Below are positions 37,191 through 46,317 of a stretch of DNA of 64,000 nucleotides, one piece after another; positions within the stretch are counted from its first letter, which is position 1, and every line of letters starts with the position of its first letter. The position numbers were made by a program, and so were the translations under genes. The notes below the pieces were generated by a model. The model was given only the letters and a program-made list of their open reading frames with translations, did not search any database and had not been told where the DNA came from. The stretch lies in IMG/VR virus record IMGVR_UViG_3300016472_000494, one strand, 5' to 3'. Source of the DNA: a virus (lineage: Duplodnaviria > Heunggongvirae > Uroviricota > Caudoviricetes).

Positions 37191-37497
37191 AGGTGGATTT
37201 GGATTTTTTAGGGTCTAAAAGATTAACAGTAACTGTTTTGTTCAGGGTAGTATTAAAACCACGTGTCACAACGCCTTTCTCAGAAAGTTCTTTAAGGATT
37301 CGCTGCACTGTAGATTTGCTTTTACCTGAAAGCTTTGCCAATTTTAATAAAGAAGGGTAGCAGTAGTCTTTGCTACCGCACATACAACAGATAATTCCAT
37401 AAAGGCCTTTTGCCTCTAAGGACAAATGCTCAGACATTGCAACATGGTTATTGAGTCTACCGTAACTCATTGGCCAGAGATTGCAAAGAGTCATCAC
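37150..37497 (-). CDS. winged-helix (HTH) DNA-binding protein, putative transcriptional regulator / replisome-organiser N-domain-like
   Basis: 115 aa; LSLEAKGLYGIICCMCGSKDYCYPSLLKLAKLSGKSKSTVQRILKELSEKGVV matches the common phage wHTH pattern; alternative start at 37437. Confidence 0.45.
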   Translation of the reverse strand: MMTLCNLWPMSYGRLNNHVAMSEHLSLEAKGLYGIICCMCGSKDYCYPSLLKLAKLSGKSKSTVQRILKELSEKGVVTRGFNTTLNKTVTVNLLDPKKSKSTYEQAHFNIIDQNP

Positions 37498-37783
37498 ACT
37501 CCATGATTACTTCAGCAATAGGTTCAAGTTTTTCAACAACCAGCTTGGTGAGCCTGTAGTATTCTGTTTTTCTGAAACGCTCCACATGTTCTGGAGGAAC
37601 TTTTTTGATAACTACTCCTTTGCCCATTGGAGTGTCAATTGGCTTAGAGATCTGCTGCTGGTCAAGATTGCTGTCCAGGTTTTCTAGGTACTTTTTAAAA
37701 CGAAAGTAGACCAGTAACAGTTCAGCATTGGTGAGACCACCGTACTTGACGATGGCCTCACTGTTTGCAATGGATTCACTCAT
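37457..37783 (-). CDS. hypothetical protein
   Basis: 108 aa. Confidence 0.4.
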   Translation of the reverse strand: MSESIANSEAIVKYGGLTNAELLLVYFRFKKYLENLDSNLDQQQISKPIDTPMGKGVVIKKVPPEHVERFRKTEYYRLTKLVVEKLEPIAEVIMECDDSLQSLANELR

Positions 37784-38343
37784 GGCATGGAAACATTTTC
37801 TGGAGTGATGGTGTAAAAATTCTTAGGAAGAAGCCGGCGTGTGATAAACTCATCAATAACCTCTTTGGTAGAGATTCCTAAGCTGCGTAAAGTAACATGC
37901 TTGGGAACATCTAAATACCAGTCAAAGTCTTTAGTGCCAATTTCCATATCAGGAAAAATAGCATTCAAAAGCTTGGTTTCAGCTTGATAATGACGTTTAG
38001 CTTTTAACACATGCAAAGCGCGTTTGGCTTTTTTGTAGTCTTCTACAATATTTGTAATGGCAGTAAGAGACATTGATGCCATTTGTTCTGGTGTGTATTC
38101 TTTTAATCCATACATGAGTCTTCTGAACATTTGGCGTTGAATCATGTTCAGATGAATTTTCTCAAGATTTTCAGATGTTTCAAGAATATGTTTAGGTTTA
38201 AAATCAGATTTTTTCTGATAAGTATTATCATAACGCTGTATGATTTGTTTACCATTTTTGTCATAGGTTATGATACCTTGTGCTGTGGCAGTAATTGAAG
38301 GGTACTTTTTCATAAAGTAGTATTTTTTATTTTTGATTGTCAA
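37780..38343 (-). CDS. hypothetical protein
   Basis: 187 aa, basic. Confidence 0.45.
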   Translation of the reverse strand: MTIKNKKYYFMKKYPSITATAQGIITYDKNGKQIIQRYDNTYQKKSDFKPKHILETSENLEKIHLNMIQRQMFRRLMYGLKEYTPEQMASMSLTAITNIVEDYKKAKRALHVLKAKRHYQAETKLLNAIFPDMEIGTKDFDWYLDVPKHVTLRSLGISTKEVIDEFITRRLLPKNFYTITPENVSMP

Positions 38344-38406
38344 TGTGGGTTTTAGATGTGATAGATCTCACAATATTTGTCAAAATAACTAGTTCAATAA
38401 AATGAA

Positions 38407-38616
38407 CTAAAATCTGGAACTATTTTTTTTAAAAATAGGCTTGTCAAGGTCAACAACACGACTCAAGATGAACACAGCAAAAATTGGAATTGCTGTAAAA
38501 GGTGCTAATAAAAACATTATAACATCTGACCAAGTAATTTCACCATCTTGTTCGCTAAAACAGCTAGAAAGTATCATTATTGCTGAAACTATATAGGATA
38601 TAATCAAGTAAAGCAT
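38407..38616 (-). CDS. small membrane protein
   Basis: 69 aa, two hydrophobic segments. Confidence 0.35.
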   Translation of the reverse strand: MLYLIISYIVSAIMILSSCFSEQDGEITWSDVIMFLLAPFTAIPIFAVFILSRVVDLDKPIFKKNSSRF

Positions 38617-38621
38617 AATTA

Positions 38622-38888
38622 TTAAAAGAGGTGTTTTATAGGAGACATGATTGTAAACTTTCCTTCAAGATTATGCTTTTTAGCTATGTGCATGATTTCT
38701 TGAGGAGTATTTCCCTGAAGCATTATGAGATCTCCATTTTGATCTGCCATAAAACATACATGGGGTGGTGACATATATTTGTTTTGTATGTAGAGTTGAT
38801 ATTGATAATCATCATCAATGTTATCAAATCCTTCTACATTAGCTTCATGTTCACGCATTTGCATGAACAGTTCTTTCATTTTTCCCAT
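38622..38888 (-). CDS. hypothetical protein
   Basis: 88 aa. Confidence 0.4.
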   Translation of the reverse strand: MGKMKELFMQMREHEANVEGFDNIDDDYQYQLYIQNKYMSPPHVCFMADQNGDLIMLQGNTPQEIMHIAKKHNLEGKFTIMSPIKHLF

Positions 38889-38902
38889 TAAGTAAAAGTG
38901 GT

Positions 38903-39244
38903 TTAATAATCTTCAAAAATGCTTGAATCAGACTCTACTTGAAGTTTTAGGTAGTTACTGCGACCCAAAAACTCTTTGATTATATACTTGTCAGTACTTA
39001 TTAACAAAGGGTTTTGAGAATCTAAATCAATGCTGAAAATCACAGAAATATTTGGTTCATCTGTTACAGGATCTGTAAAATTCAAAGGACTGACAGTGCA
39101 TGTTTTCTTATCAGTGTCATAGTGTAATTCAAGAGATTCAAATTTTTCATCAAGTCCTGGATAAGATACAGGATCACTGAAATTGTACAATTTTATTACG
39201 TTTTGACCTGTGCGATAAGATTCTGAGCTTAGAATTGCATTCAT
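38903..39244 (-). CDS. hypothetical protein
   Basis: 113 aa. Confidence 0.4.
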   Translation of the reverse strand: MNAILSSESYRTGQNVIKLYNFSDPVSYPGLDEKFESLELHYDTDKKTCTVSPLNFTDPVTDEPNISVIFSIDLDSQNPLLISTDKYIIKEFLGRSNYLKLQVESDSSIFEDY

Positions 39245-39545
39245 GGTAGATTTTGTTTAGTCTAATAAAAGAATTGTTTTTTGAGAGTTTGTTGAAAAGC
39301 AAGTATTCATGTTCTTTGTCAAACATTATTTCAGGTGAAACTGATTCAATGGCATCTTTTATAGTGTAAAAGCGTTTAAAATTTGCTTTTCTCGTTTTTT
39401 TACAAACTACCATCAGCTCATAGCAAGGACTATACATCATGGGATTATAGACCATGTTTTTACCATTGTAAAAGTCAATAAACTCCCGCTTTAAGCTTTT
39501 TAGCGACATGTTCAACTTGTGAAGCATATGTTGGAGATTCTGCAT
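39174..39545 (-). CDS. hypothetical protein
   Basis: 123 aa; its 3' end overlaps the downstream gene by 71 nt. Confidence 0.35.
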   Translation of the reverse strand: MQNLQHMLHKLNMSLKSLKREFIDFYNGKNMVYNPMMYSPCYELMVVCKKTRKANFKRFYTIKDAIESVSPEIMFDKEHEYLLFNKLSKNNSFIRLNKIYHECNSKLRILSHRSKRNKIVQFQ

Positions 39546-40038
39546 AGTTTTCTTTTAAATATTGATAATAACTTTCTTCTGTATGTATTTTGCTTAAAAA
39601 AGCGCATTGATATAGTGCGTAATCAAGTACACTTTCACGCCAGTGATAATATACTGCATGACCTAGTTCAGAACCTGAATTAGTAGTTGCACGGCTTCGC
39701 GCTTGCTTCATGCCAAAAAGATTATGGTTGTTTTTGAATATCTGTGATTTGAAATGACCAGATTCAATAACAGCCTGAGCATGAACAATGTGAGGAAATT
39801 TCACATTCAGTTCTACAAGATAATTTTTCAGTTTTTCTTCTGAAAATTTGTCTTCTTCTTTGATTATGAATGCCTTTTCAGCATCTGTTAAACTTTTTGT
39901 TCCTTTTGTATAACCTGCGTTATGGCCCATGTAATATGCCAATGATGCAGATAGTAAAGAAAACAGAACTACAAATTTAATAAAATATTGTAGAGCTGAA
40001 ACATATCTTAAAGTTTTTTTGCAATATTTGTAGAGCAT
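39475..40038 (-). CDS. membrane-anchored N-acetylglucosaminidase (GH73 / FlgJ-type glucosaminidase domain) peptidoglycan hydrolase
   Basis: 187 aa; N-terminal TM FIKFVVLFSLLSASLAYYM; glucosaminidase block AQAVIESGHFKSQIFKNNHNLFGMK. Confidence 0.55.
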   Translation of the reverse strand: MLYKYCKKTLRYVSALQYFIKFVVLFSLLSASLAYYMGHNAGYTKGTKSLTDAEKAFIIKEEDKFSEEKLKNYLVELNVKFPHIVHAQAVIESGHFKSQIFKNNHNLFGMKQARSRATTNSGSELGHAVYYHWRESVLDYALYQCAFLSKIHTEESYYQYLKENYAESPTYASQVEHVAKKLKAGVY

Positions 40039-40675
40039 GGGTCATTTTTTAAAGTGAAACAAATATATGTAGACTCAATTTTTATAATATCGTTTTATAC
40101 ACTATAAAAACTTGAGACTGAATTTGCTTTATAACCAAGAGTTCTTTGTGGGATCTGATGTAAAGTCTTTACCTGAACTACGCTGGCGCTGCATCATGCT
40201 CTTACGTCTAACAGCAATGTGTTGCAACTTTCAAAGAGATACCTTCTGACAAACCCATTTAAAAAGTCAATCCTCTTACCAGTAAGTTGAGGGTATGCGT
40301 GTTCATTTTGTGTTTGGTTTTCATGGTTTTGTTTTAAAAAGTAAAACAAAAAATAGAATCAGCATGATAAATACTGTAGATGTAGCAGGAGAGACTCACG
40401 CTGCTGATGCTTAAACTTGTCTCTGTATTTTTTCATCTTGACAGTATAAACTAAATAACTTGTTATTTAATGACAGACCTGCTTATACTCATGTCATGCC
40501 TAATATGCAGTTTCCTACACATAGGACTTGGCCCCAGTTTTAAAGATGAAACTTCAGGGATATCAAACTTGTTTGGGCTGCTTTTGTTACTAAAAACTGT
40601 GTAATTTCTCTTGGAACTTAACTAGTATTCACCATCTGGAAACTGTGTAGCTTAACTTCACAAAAGCAGCGTTTG

Positions 40676-41125
40676 CTAATAGGTTTTAAGATATTCAATG
40701 TCAAGTGTCCACTCGTGTTGAGAACGATCAATCCATTTCAAAAAACTTTCTTGTAAATACTCTGCTGCTTCTTCAAATGTCATTGAGTTAACTTTTTGAA
40801 GTTGTCTGATAACTGTTTCAAGTTTGCCCTTTGTCGTTGCTAATCCAGGATGTTTAACTGTATGACAGTTGGGGCAAAGTGAAATAAGTCCTGTGAGTTT
40901 CTGTACATGATTTAAATCATCATATTGCCATATTTCATGACATTCAACAGGATGCTTGTGGTTTTGATTAAGACCTGTGTCACCACAGATTTCACAAACA
41001 TAACTAGCGTTTTGATAACTCTTTTTGCGTATGCGGTCCCATTCTTTTTTAGAAACATTGGACCTTACATTTGTATACCACGCAGTTTTAGGCACCAGTT
41101 CTATGGTGAGTGGATAATGTTTCAT
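40676..41125 (-). CDS. HNH-like zinc-finger nuclease (tentative)
   Basis: 149 aa; CEICGDTG...HPVECHEIW...LCPNCHTVKH arrangement (CxxC ... H ... CxxCH). Confidence 0.4.
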   Translation of the reverse strand: MKHYPLTIELVPKTAWYTNVRSNVSKKEWDRIRKKSYQNASYVCEICGDTGLNQNHKHPVECHEIWQYDDLNHVQKLTGLISLCPNCHTVKHPGLATTKGKLETVIRQLQKVNSMTFEEAAEYLQESFLKWIDRSQHEWTLDIEYLKTY

Positions 41126-41292
41126 GTGTCAGTGTTTTGAGATTTAGATTTAGATCTGTCGTACACTTTAGCAGATGGCTTACTACGCGTTATCATTTTG
41201 CGGCGTATGATCTGTGCTATGTGTCTTATAGACAAACCTTGTTGCCAAGTGGATGTGTTTTTTGACATTTGATATGTGAATTAGTTTGTGTG

Positions 41293-41661
41293 TCATTGGT
41301 TTTGTTTTACAATTTCAATTAATTTTCTAAGACAAGCAAGTTCTGCTTCTTCGTAGGTATGAAAGTATGCCGCATACTGAGTGCTAGTATGTTCACCTGA
41401 TAATACCCAACAAAATGTAGATTTATTACCTAACTCAATTGTTATCCAAGAGTACAATCCATACTTCTCTCTAAGCCATCTGAATGCTTGTGAGAATGTC
41501 GGTGCTGAGCATTTTGTAATACCAATCACTTGCTCATCTTCCCATATTTTAAAAAGTTTTTCACTTTTATTGTATGATGTTATACAAGGTTCATCAAATC
41601 CAAGGTCTTTGAGTGCTAATGCTTGTTCGTAGGGGACAAATTCTTTTTCTAAGGTGTTCAT
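41293..41661 (-). CDS. hypothetical protein
   Basis: 122 aa. Confidence 0.45.
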   Translation of the reverse strand: MNTLEKEFVPYEQALALKDLGFDEPCITSYNKSEKLFKIWEDEQVIGITKCSAPTFSQAFRWLREKYGLYSWITIELGNKSTFCWVLSGEHTSTQYAAYFHTYEEAELACLRKLIEIVKQNQ

Positions 41662-41732
41662 AATAAGTTTTTTAAAGTCTACTTGATATCAGTTTTATAA
41701 GCTTCTTTTGTTTACAGTTTCATTGGTTGGTT

Positions 41733-41936
41733 TCAGAAGTTTATGGTTTGAAACAATTTGTACTTATCACAACTTTCATTGATCTTTTTGACTTGTGGAC
41801 CAAAACCATTGCTGCGTGAAAGCACATACTCACAAGTGCTGTCGTTTATGTTACGCACATTTACAACTTTGTAAGGGCGTTTGTTCTCACAACTTGTGAT
41901 AAACAAGCTTGTCAGAAAGATGAAAAGGTTTTTCAT
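41733..41936 (-). CDS. small lipoprotein (start at Met 41936)
   Basis: MKNLFIFLTSLFITSC lipobox-like signal; the track ORF extends to 41984. Confidence 0.35.
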   Translation of the reverse strand: MKNLFIFLTSLFITSCENKRPYKVVNVRNINDSTCEYVLSRSNGFGPQVKKINESCDKYKLFQTINF

Positions 41937-42032
41937 GATAAGTAATATTTTAAGTTTAAACTGTACAAGTTTTAACAACAACAAGTGAGGTGCCTGGGTA
42001 TGATAAGCCAGACACCTTGCACTTGCCGCGTT

Positions 42033-42212
42033 CCCTCTGCACTCAGTTGTTATTGGTTGTACTCAAGACCAATATTCATCACATCTTACCTATCAGGACA
42101 TCCTGTGGTATTATCCACATTACTACCTGCTTTTTATGCAGCACCCATAACTTATGGGTAGTGAGGAGACGCTCTGTGTGATTACAACTGCTCATCCTTG
42201 GGAGGCTGATTA
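42033..42212 (+). repeat. composite structured repeat, unit A (left arm CCCTCTGCACTCAGTTGT ... right arm TTACAACTG plus hairpin)
   Basis: left arm 42033-42056; right arm ttacaactg 42182-42190 then imperfect hairpin tcatcc-ttggga-ggctga 42191-42209. Confidence 0.6.
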
Positions 42213-42427
42213 ACTAGCCGTTAGTGTACATTTCTGTTCCTCATACGGTACGTTTATTAATCAGTGTGGTTTTACATCTTAGCTGAACAGTGTACATACA
42301 AGTGGGTTATCCCTTGCTTGATTGCAATGAGCTGGTCTAAGAAGTCTTCATATCCACGTGAGACTGGTGCATTAAACGCGTGTCTTTCCACGCTGTCACC
42401 ACGTTTCTTGTCTTAGTGTGGTTAACT

Positions 42428-42630
42428 TGGTAGTCAGGACAGGAATCGAACCTGTATGCCATTTGTGGTTTTCTCTTATTACTGTTGCAACAGTACCACC
42501 AGCGTTTTGCAAATTCTGTATGTTGTCCGCTTACTTCTAACATACAATATCAACCTTGCGGGTCAATCTTCGCGTCTACCATATCCAGCACATACTATTA
42601 CTCTTTGTGCCTTCATTCCGCCACCTGACT
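42428..42630 (-). ncRNA. tRNA-like element 1: acceptor stem, T-arm and encoded CCA present, but ~200 nt long with an insertion in the D-region (disrupted or intron-bearing tRNA, or tRNA-derived sRNA)
   Basis: minus strand 5'-AGUCAGG UG GCGG AAU [33-nt insert] UGGUAGACGC ... ACAGG UUCGAUU CCUGU CCUGACU A CCA-3'; acceptor arms exactly complementary; T-loop GGTTCGATTCC seen as ggaatcgaacc at 42441-42451. Confidence 0.45.
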
Positions 42631-42825
42631 AGGTAACACCCTAATTTATCCAACTTACAGGTGTTGTGGCTGTCCTCATCACTGAGTTAGGACTAATCAT
42701 TCGTCCTTACAAGGTCGGGCTGACTTGCCCTGGTGTTCTGCCTATACACCAATGTACGTTCCCATACGGACATCACTCCGTTTCTCATCATGTTGGGCAC
42801 ACTATCCGTTGTATGTTTCGGAACG

Positions 42826-42967
42826 TGTAGTCAGGACAGGATTTGAACCTGTAAGCAGGATTAAGGTCATGCTTTTTCAAGTTTTCCAGTATCCACTTCA
42901 AGTTCCCTTACCTTTGAAGCGATAACTTTCAAATTCACTTGGCGTCTACCAATTCCGCCACCTGACT
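42826..42967 (-). ncRNA. tRNA-like element 2 (paralogue of element 1, 137 nt): canonical acceptor, D-arm and T-arm with a ~60-nt insertion in the anticodon region
   Basis: 5'-AGUCAGG UG GCG GAAUUGGUAGA CGC ... ACAGG UUCAAAU CCUGU CCUGACU A-3'; D-loop with GG; candidate anticodon stem CAAGU...ACUUG split by an insert. Confidence 0.45.
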
Positions 42968-43364
42968 GTGTTGAGGATGAGAAGTCCTCTGTGTTGTAGA
43001 GGTAAGTTGCAGAAGCGACTCTCTTGACATTCCTTTCTCAAGGGAACAACACAATGTCTAAAAACAACTACAGTGCTACGTTTCAAGTGGCTTATTAAGC
43101 CTTCGTAGGTACAATAAGGTGATCAACCCTCGTAAATACCCTTCATGCACTGCAGTTGTTTTAGACAAAGTATAGCACTAAGTTGTAACTGGTTCTGCGT
43201 CATAAATCCCCTATTTAACTCCACAAAGGAGATTACAACAGCTTACCTCGTATTAATACCCTTTGCACTCAGCTGTGCGGTCAGATTGTTAAGGTATAAT
43301 AGAGAATTAGTAAGTTTTCATGCTAAAAGCATACTTTAACCAGTATGCCAGTGGTGGGTCAAAC

Positions 43365-43733
43365 CTAAACTAGGTTTTTGGTTACCTCTGCTCTCTCAGC
43401 AGGAGTAAGTCTTGTGAACAGCGTTCTGACAAATGAAACAAGCTGAATGTTATGCTCAGACATGTTTGTTTGCTTAGTTTTACTACTATTGACTGCTGTT
43501 TTTTTCTGGACATTGACTGAAACTGTTGGTTGCGAGTCAGCGTTTCTCAGATTTGTGTAATAGTGAATGGCAACAGCTTGAGCAGTCCGGTTGGTAGCGC
43601 GTGCTGCTTTATCAAATGCCTTACAAAGTGTTCTGTACTTCCGTCGCTTGTTTACAATAGACATGACAAGAGTTTCTTGTTCTTTTGTCCAGAAGCGCGG
43701 GTGCAATGATTGTGAGCTAGTAGGATTTTTCAC
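43365..43733 (-). CDS. hypothetical basic protein
   Basis: 122 aa within the repeat island. Confidence 0.4.
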   Translation of the reverse strand: MKNPTSSQSLHPRFWTKEQETLVMSIVNKRRKYRTLCKAFDKAARATNRTAQAVAIHYYTNLRNADSQPTVSVNVQKKTAVNSSKTKQTNMSEHNIQLVSFVRTLFTRLTPAERAEVTKNLV

Positions 43734-43747
43734 AGGATTTGAAGATT

Positions 43748-43999
43748 TTAGGGTTGTAAAATAAAAAAGCCAATTTTGTCTAACGCGTCACCTGGGTCGT
43801 TGTCTAAGACAACATACTCATCACCATCAAGGTCCTCAAAAATAGACGCTAAAGTGTAACCATTGTCTTTGTAATGGGTAGCAGTAGAGCATTCTTCAGG
43901 ACAAAAGAGTCTGAAATTGCCAGTTTCAGAGTCATCTTCATGAAGTTTTATCAGTTGAGAACCGTGTTGTTTAAAGAACTCATCAACAGTCATTGTCAT
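43748..43999 (-). CDS. hypothetical acidic protein
   Basis: 83 aa. Confidence 0.35.
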   Translation of the reverse strand: MTMTVDEFFKQHGSQLIKLHEDDSETGNFRLFCPEECSTATHYKDNGYTLASIFEDLDGDEYVVLDNDPGDALDKIGFFILQP

Positions 44000-44252
44000 C
44001 AGGTAAACTTTTAGGTTGTGAATTTTGATCGCGAAGTTTTTTGATGCAAAAATCCAGGTTGAGTTTGTAAGTCTCTAACTTGATGATCATGGATGAATCA
44101 GTGCATTCAGCTATGTCATACTCAACCCACTCTTTCATATCCTCAAGGGTATTAAGAACCTCATAATCAACATAGGCTTTAATACCAAAAGAAGACAAGC
44201 TAATCACACTCACAAAAAGTGTGAGAAATACAAATAGTTTTTTAAGGTTCAT
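43983..44252 (-). CDS. secreted small protein
   Basis: 89 aa; signal peptide MNLKKLFVFLTLFVSVISLSSFG. Confidence 0.4.
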   Translation of the reverse strand: MNLKKLFVFLTLFVSVISLSSFGIKAYVDYEVLNTLEDMKEWVEYDIAECTDSSMIIKLETYKLNLDFCIKKLRDQNSQPKSLPDDNDC

Positions 44253-44515
44253 GTTAATTACAAGATTTTAGTGGTCAAAATAATACAAGTAGAAATTTAG
44301 AGCACCAGCGCCAGACATACCAACGCCGCTCGTTGGTCTGCTTTTATCGTTTGATTGTAGTTTGTACCAGGTCAGAAACATTGGGGTGCTTCTGTGTTAA
44401 AGCGCCTGTACAAACCAGAGGAGAGGAGCGGAAATATTTTTCTCACAGATCTGCCTGGCGCGGGTGACTCTAATGCTTCTACAGGGAGAGAGAGACAAGA
44501 CAACAAGGTCTTCCT

Positions 44516-44640
44516 CTTAGCACTTAGTTGTAACAAGTGGCACCCATTTGCAGGTAGGTGTTCTCCAATGGTTTCCTATTACAGCATACGTTCTGTAATA
44601 TTCCCTGCTTGTTCTTGTTACAACTGCTCACGGTAGTGAG
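44516..44640 (+). repeat. composite structured repeat, unit D
   Basis: left arm cttagcacttagttgtaa 44516-44537; right ttacaactg 44618-44626 plus hairpin ctcac-ggta-gtgag 44627-44640. Confidence 0.55.
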
Positions 44641-44865
44641 TTAGTGCTTTGAGAATAATATAAACAGTTGCAATAGTAAGATTAGTGGCGCTATTGCCCT
44701 TAATACCTTGCTACCAAAATACAACTATGCTGCCTAGCATACAACCTCAAGCCATAAATGAATGGCATAGTCAGGTTTACATAGTACTTAATGTGTAGAC
44801 TTACTAGTAAGATAAGTTAATCTACTATTGCAACTGGTGTTTAAAAAAGATCCCTCTGCACTCAG

Positions 44866-45072
44866 TTATAATGTATAAGAAACACCAAAATGTTGCTCAA
44901 TAGCATATAGAGCTTCCCAATCATTACCTAACATTTTATTGTCTATGCAGACATCAACATTTAATTCTTTAGCTCTTTTCCATACATGAAAAGCTTCTTC
45001 AGGTGTATGTGCTATTGAAAATAGCTGCATATATTCTTCACCTGATTCTTTGTTTTTAATAAATTCCACCAT
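44866..45072 (-). CDS. small hypothetical protein
   Basis: 68 aa; its stop is overlapped by a left-arm repeat copy (44849-44873). Confidence 0.3.
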   Translation of the reverse strand: MVEFIKNKESGEEYMQLFSIAHTPEEAFHVWKRAKELNVDVCIDNKMLGNDWEALYAIEQHFGVSYTL

Positions 45073-45118
45073 ATAGTTAAGTTTTATAGTTAAGTTTTAA
45101 GTTTTACAAATCTATTAA

Positions 45119-45269
45119 CCCCTCTGCACTCAGTTGTAATATAGTTTTCACAAAACATGGCTTTACATAGTCATTATGCTATGAAGGTCTTCACCTCACG
45201 GATGTTTGTCACTTTTATTACAACTGCTCACCCTTGGGAAGTGAGTTATGGTGCATTAAAATTGGTTGA
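45119..45269 (+). repeat. composite structured repeat, unit B (most complete copy)
   Basis: left arm ccctctgcactcagttgtaa 45119-45138; right ttacaactg 45218-45226; hairpin ctcac-ccttgggaa-gtgag 45227-45245; tail ttatggtgcattaaaattggttga 45246-45269. Confidence 0.65.
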
Positions 45270-45397
45270 TAACCCACAACCTTTCTAAAGGGGTTCTAGT
45301 AAAAGCTATAACCAAATGGTTAATACAAGGCAGCTAAACCTAGAAACAATTGCAAGACTGAATCTGCCTATCACATTCTTGCTTTACAATTAATATT

Positions 45398-45549
45398 CCC
45401 TCTGCACTCAGTTGTAACAGGGTCCGGTGGTACCTATTTCAATTACCTTTTTTCAAGGAGCTATTTCAGCCTTACTTTCAACCCTTTACGTACAGGTTAC
45501 TTCAGTAGTGTTATTCACACTGGTAATTATTACAACTGAGTGCAAAGAG
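45398..45549 (+). repeat. composite repeat, unit E: perfect-type terminal inverted repeats (~20 bp) flanking ~110 bp (MITE-like)
   Basis: ccctctgcactcagttgtaa (45398-45417) versus ttacaactgagtgcaaagag (45530-45549), reverse complement with a 2-nt indel. Confidence 0.65.
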
Positions 45550-45792
45550 AATAAGTTAATCAAGAAATGAAAAAGACATTGTATGGCAAAAACTGATAGA
45601 TTATAGCCATTTAGTGTCAAAATTTGAGCGTTCTGAGAGGTTTTTGAGGTGATTAAGAGGATGAGGAGGGGTGTGCTACCACTCACGTAACTTCTTGCTC
45701 ATCAACAACTTACTGAACACTTATGTGTCAAAAAAGCAACTGAGAAAGCGCTGTGTAAATACAGCAACTTTCTCAGAAACTTGTTCAAGTGC

Positions 45793-46284
45793 TTAAAGAC
45801 TTGCGTTTTTAGCACTACGTACAGCGTTGAACTCACGTACAGCGTCTGTATTATTATGCTGTACATAGACGTCGTGGTCTTGACCTGTTGGGTCATACAC
45901 AGAAAACCTGATGATGCGTTCACCGTCTACGCAGAGTTCTATACCGTCTTGTCCTGCGCGTTTGACAAAACTGTCAAGGGCTTGAGAAGCGGGGAGACTC
46001 TTGTTGGCAAACTGCTCAAAGAGACTCTCAGGTACTTCGCTCTCCAGGTACTCTTTGATGACGATGTGTCCTGGAAGCGACAGTGTCTTGTTAGACTGCA
46101 CAAAGCGCTGTAGCACTTCGCACTTAGCGCGTAACAGGGTACTACGCTTGCGTTCTCTAATCCAAGTCCCTTCAGGGATCATAGAGGATTGAGACAGTTG
46201 TAAATAGCCGTACTCAGGTTTGTTTTTAAACGGAGTAATGAGGCTGCCTGTGGTGGAGTTGGGGATGATTTGAACTTGAGACAT
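45793..46284 (-). CDS. hypothetical protein, paralogue 1 of a tandem pair (start at Met 46284)
   Basis: 163 aa from MSQVQIIPNSTTGSLITPF...; ~45% identity by eye with the 46540..47040 product; the track N-terminal extension is low-complexity and lacks homology. Confidence 0.5.
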   Translation of the reverse strand: MSQVQIIPNSTTGSLITPFKNKPEYGYLQLSQSSMIPEGTWIRERKRSTLLRAKCEVLQRFVQSNKTLSLPGHIVIKEYLESEVPESLFEQFANKSLPASQALDSFVKRAGQDGIELCVDGERIIRFSVYDPTGQDHDVYVQHNNTDAVREFNAVRSAKNASL

Positions 46285-46317
46285 AGGTAAAAAGTTTGGT
46301 TTTAAGTGTGAATTGAT

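Noticed and set aside
42428-42967. tmRNA or integrase attP (tRNA 3'-end) interpretation of the tRNA-like elements
   Set aside because: Each element has both 5' and 3' acceptor strands, so it is not just a 3' attP fragment. The elements are far shorter than tmRNA and have no tag-peptide reading frame. No integrase gene occurs anywhere in the window.
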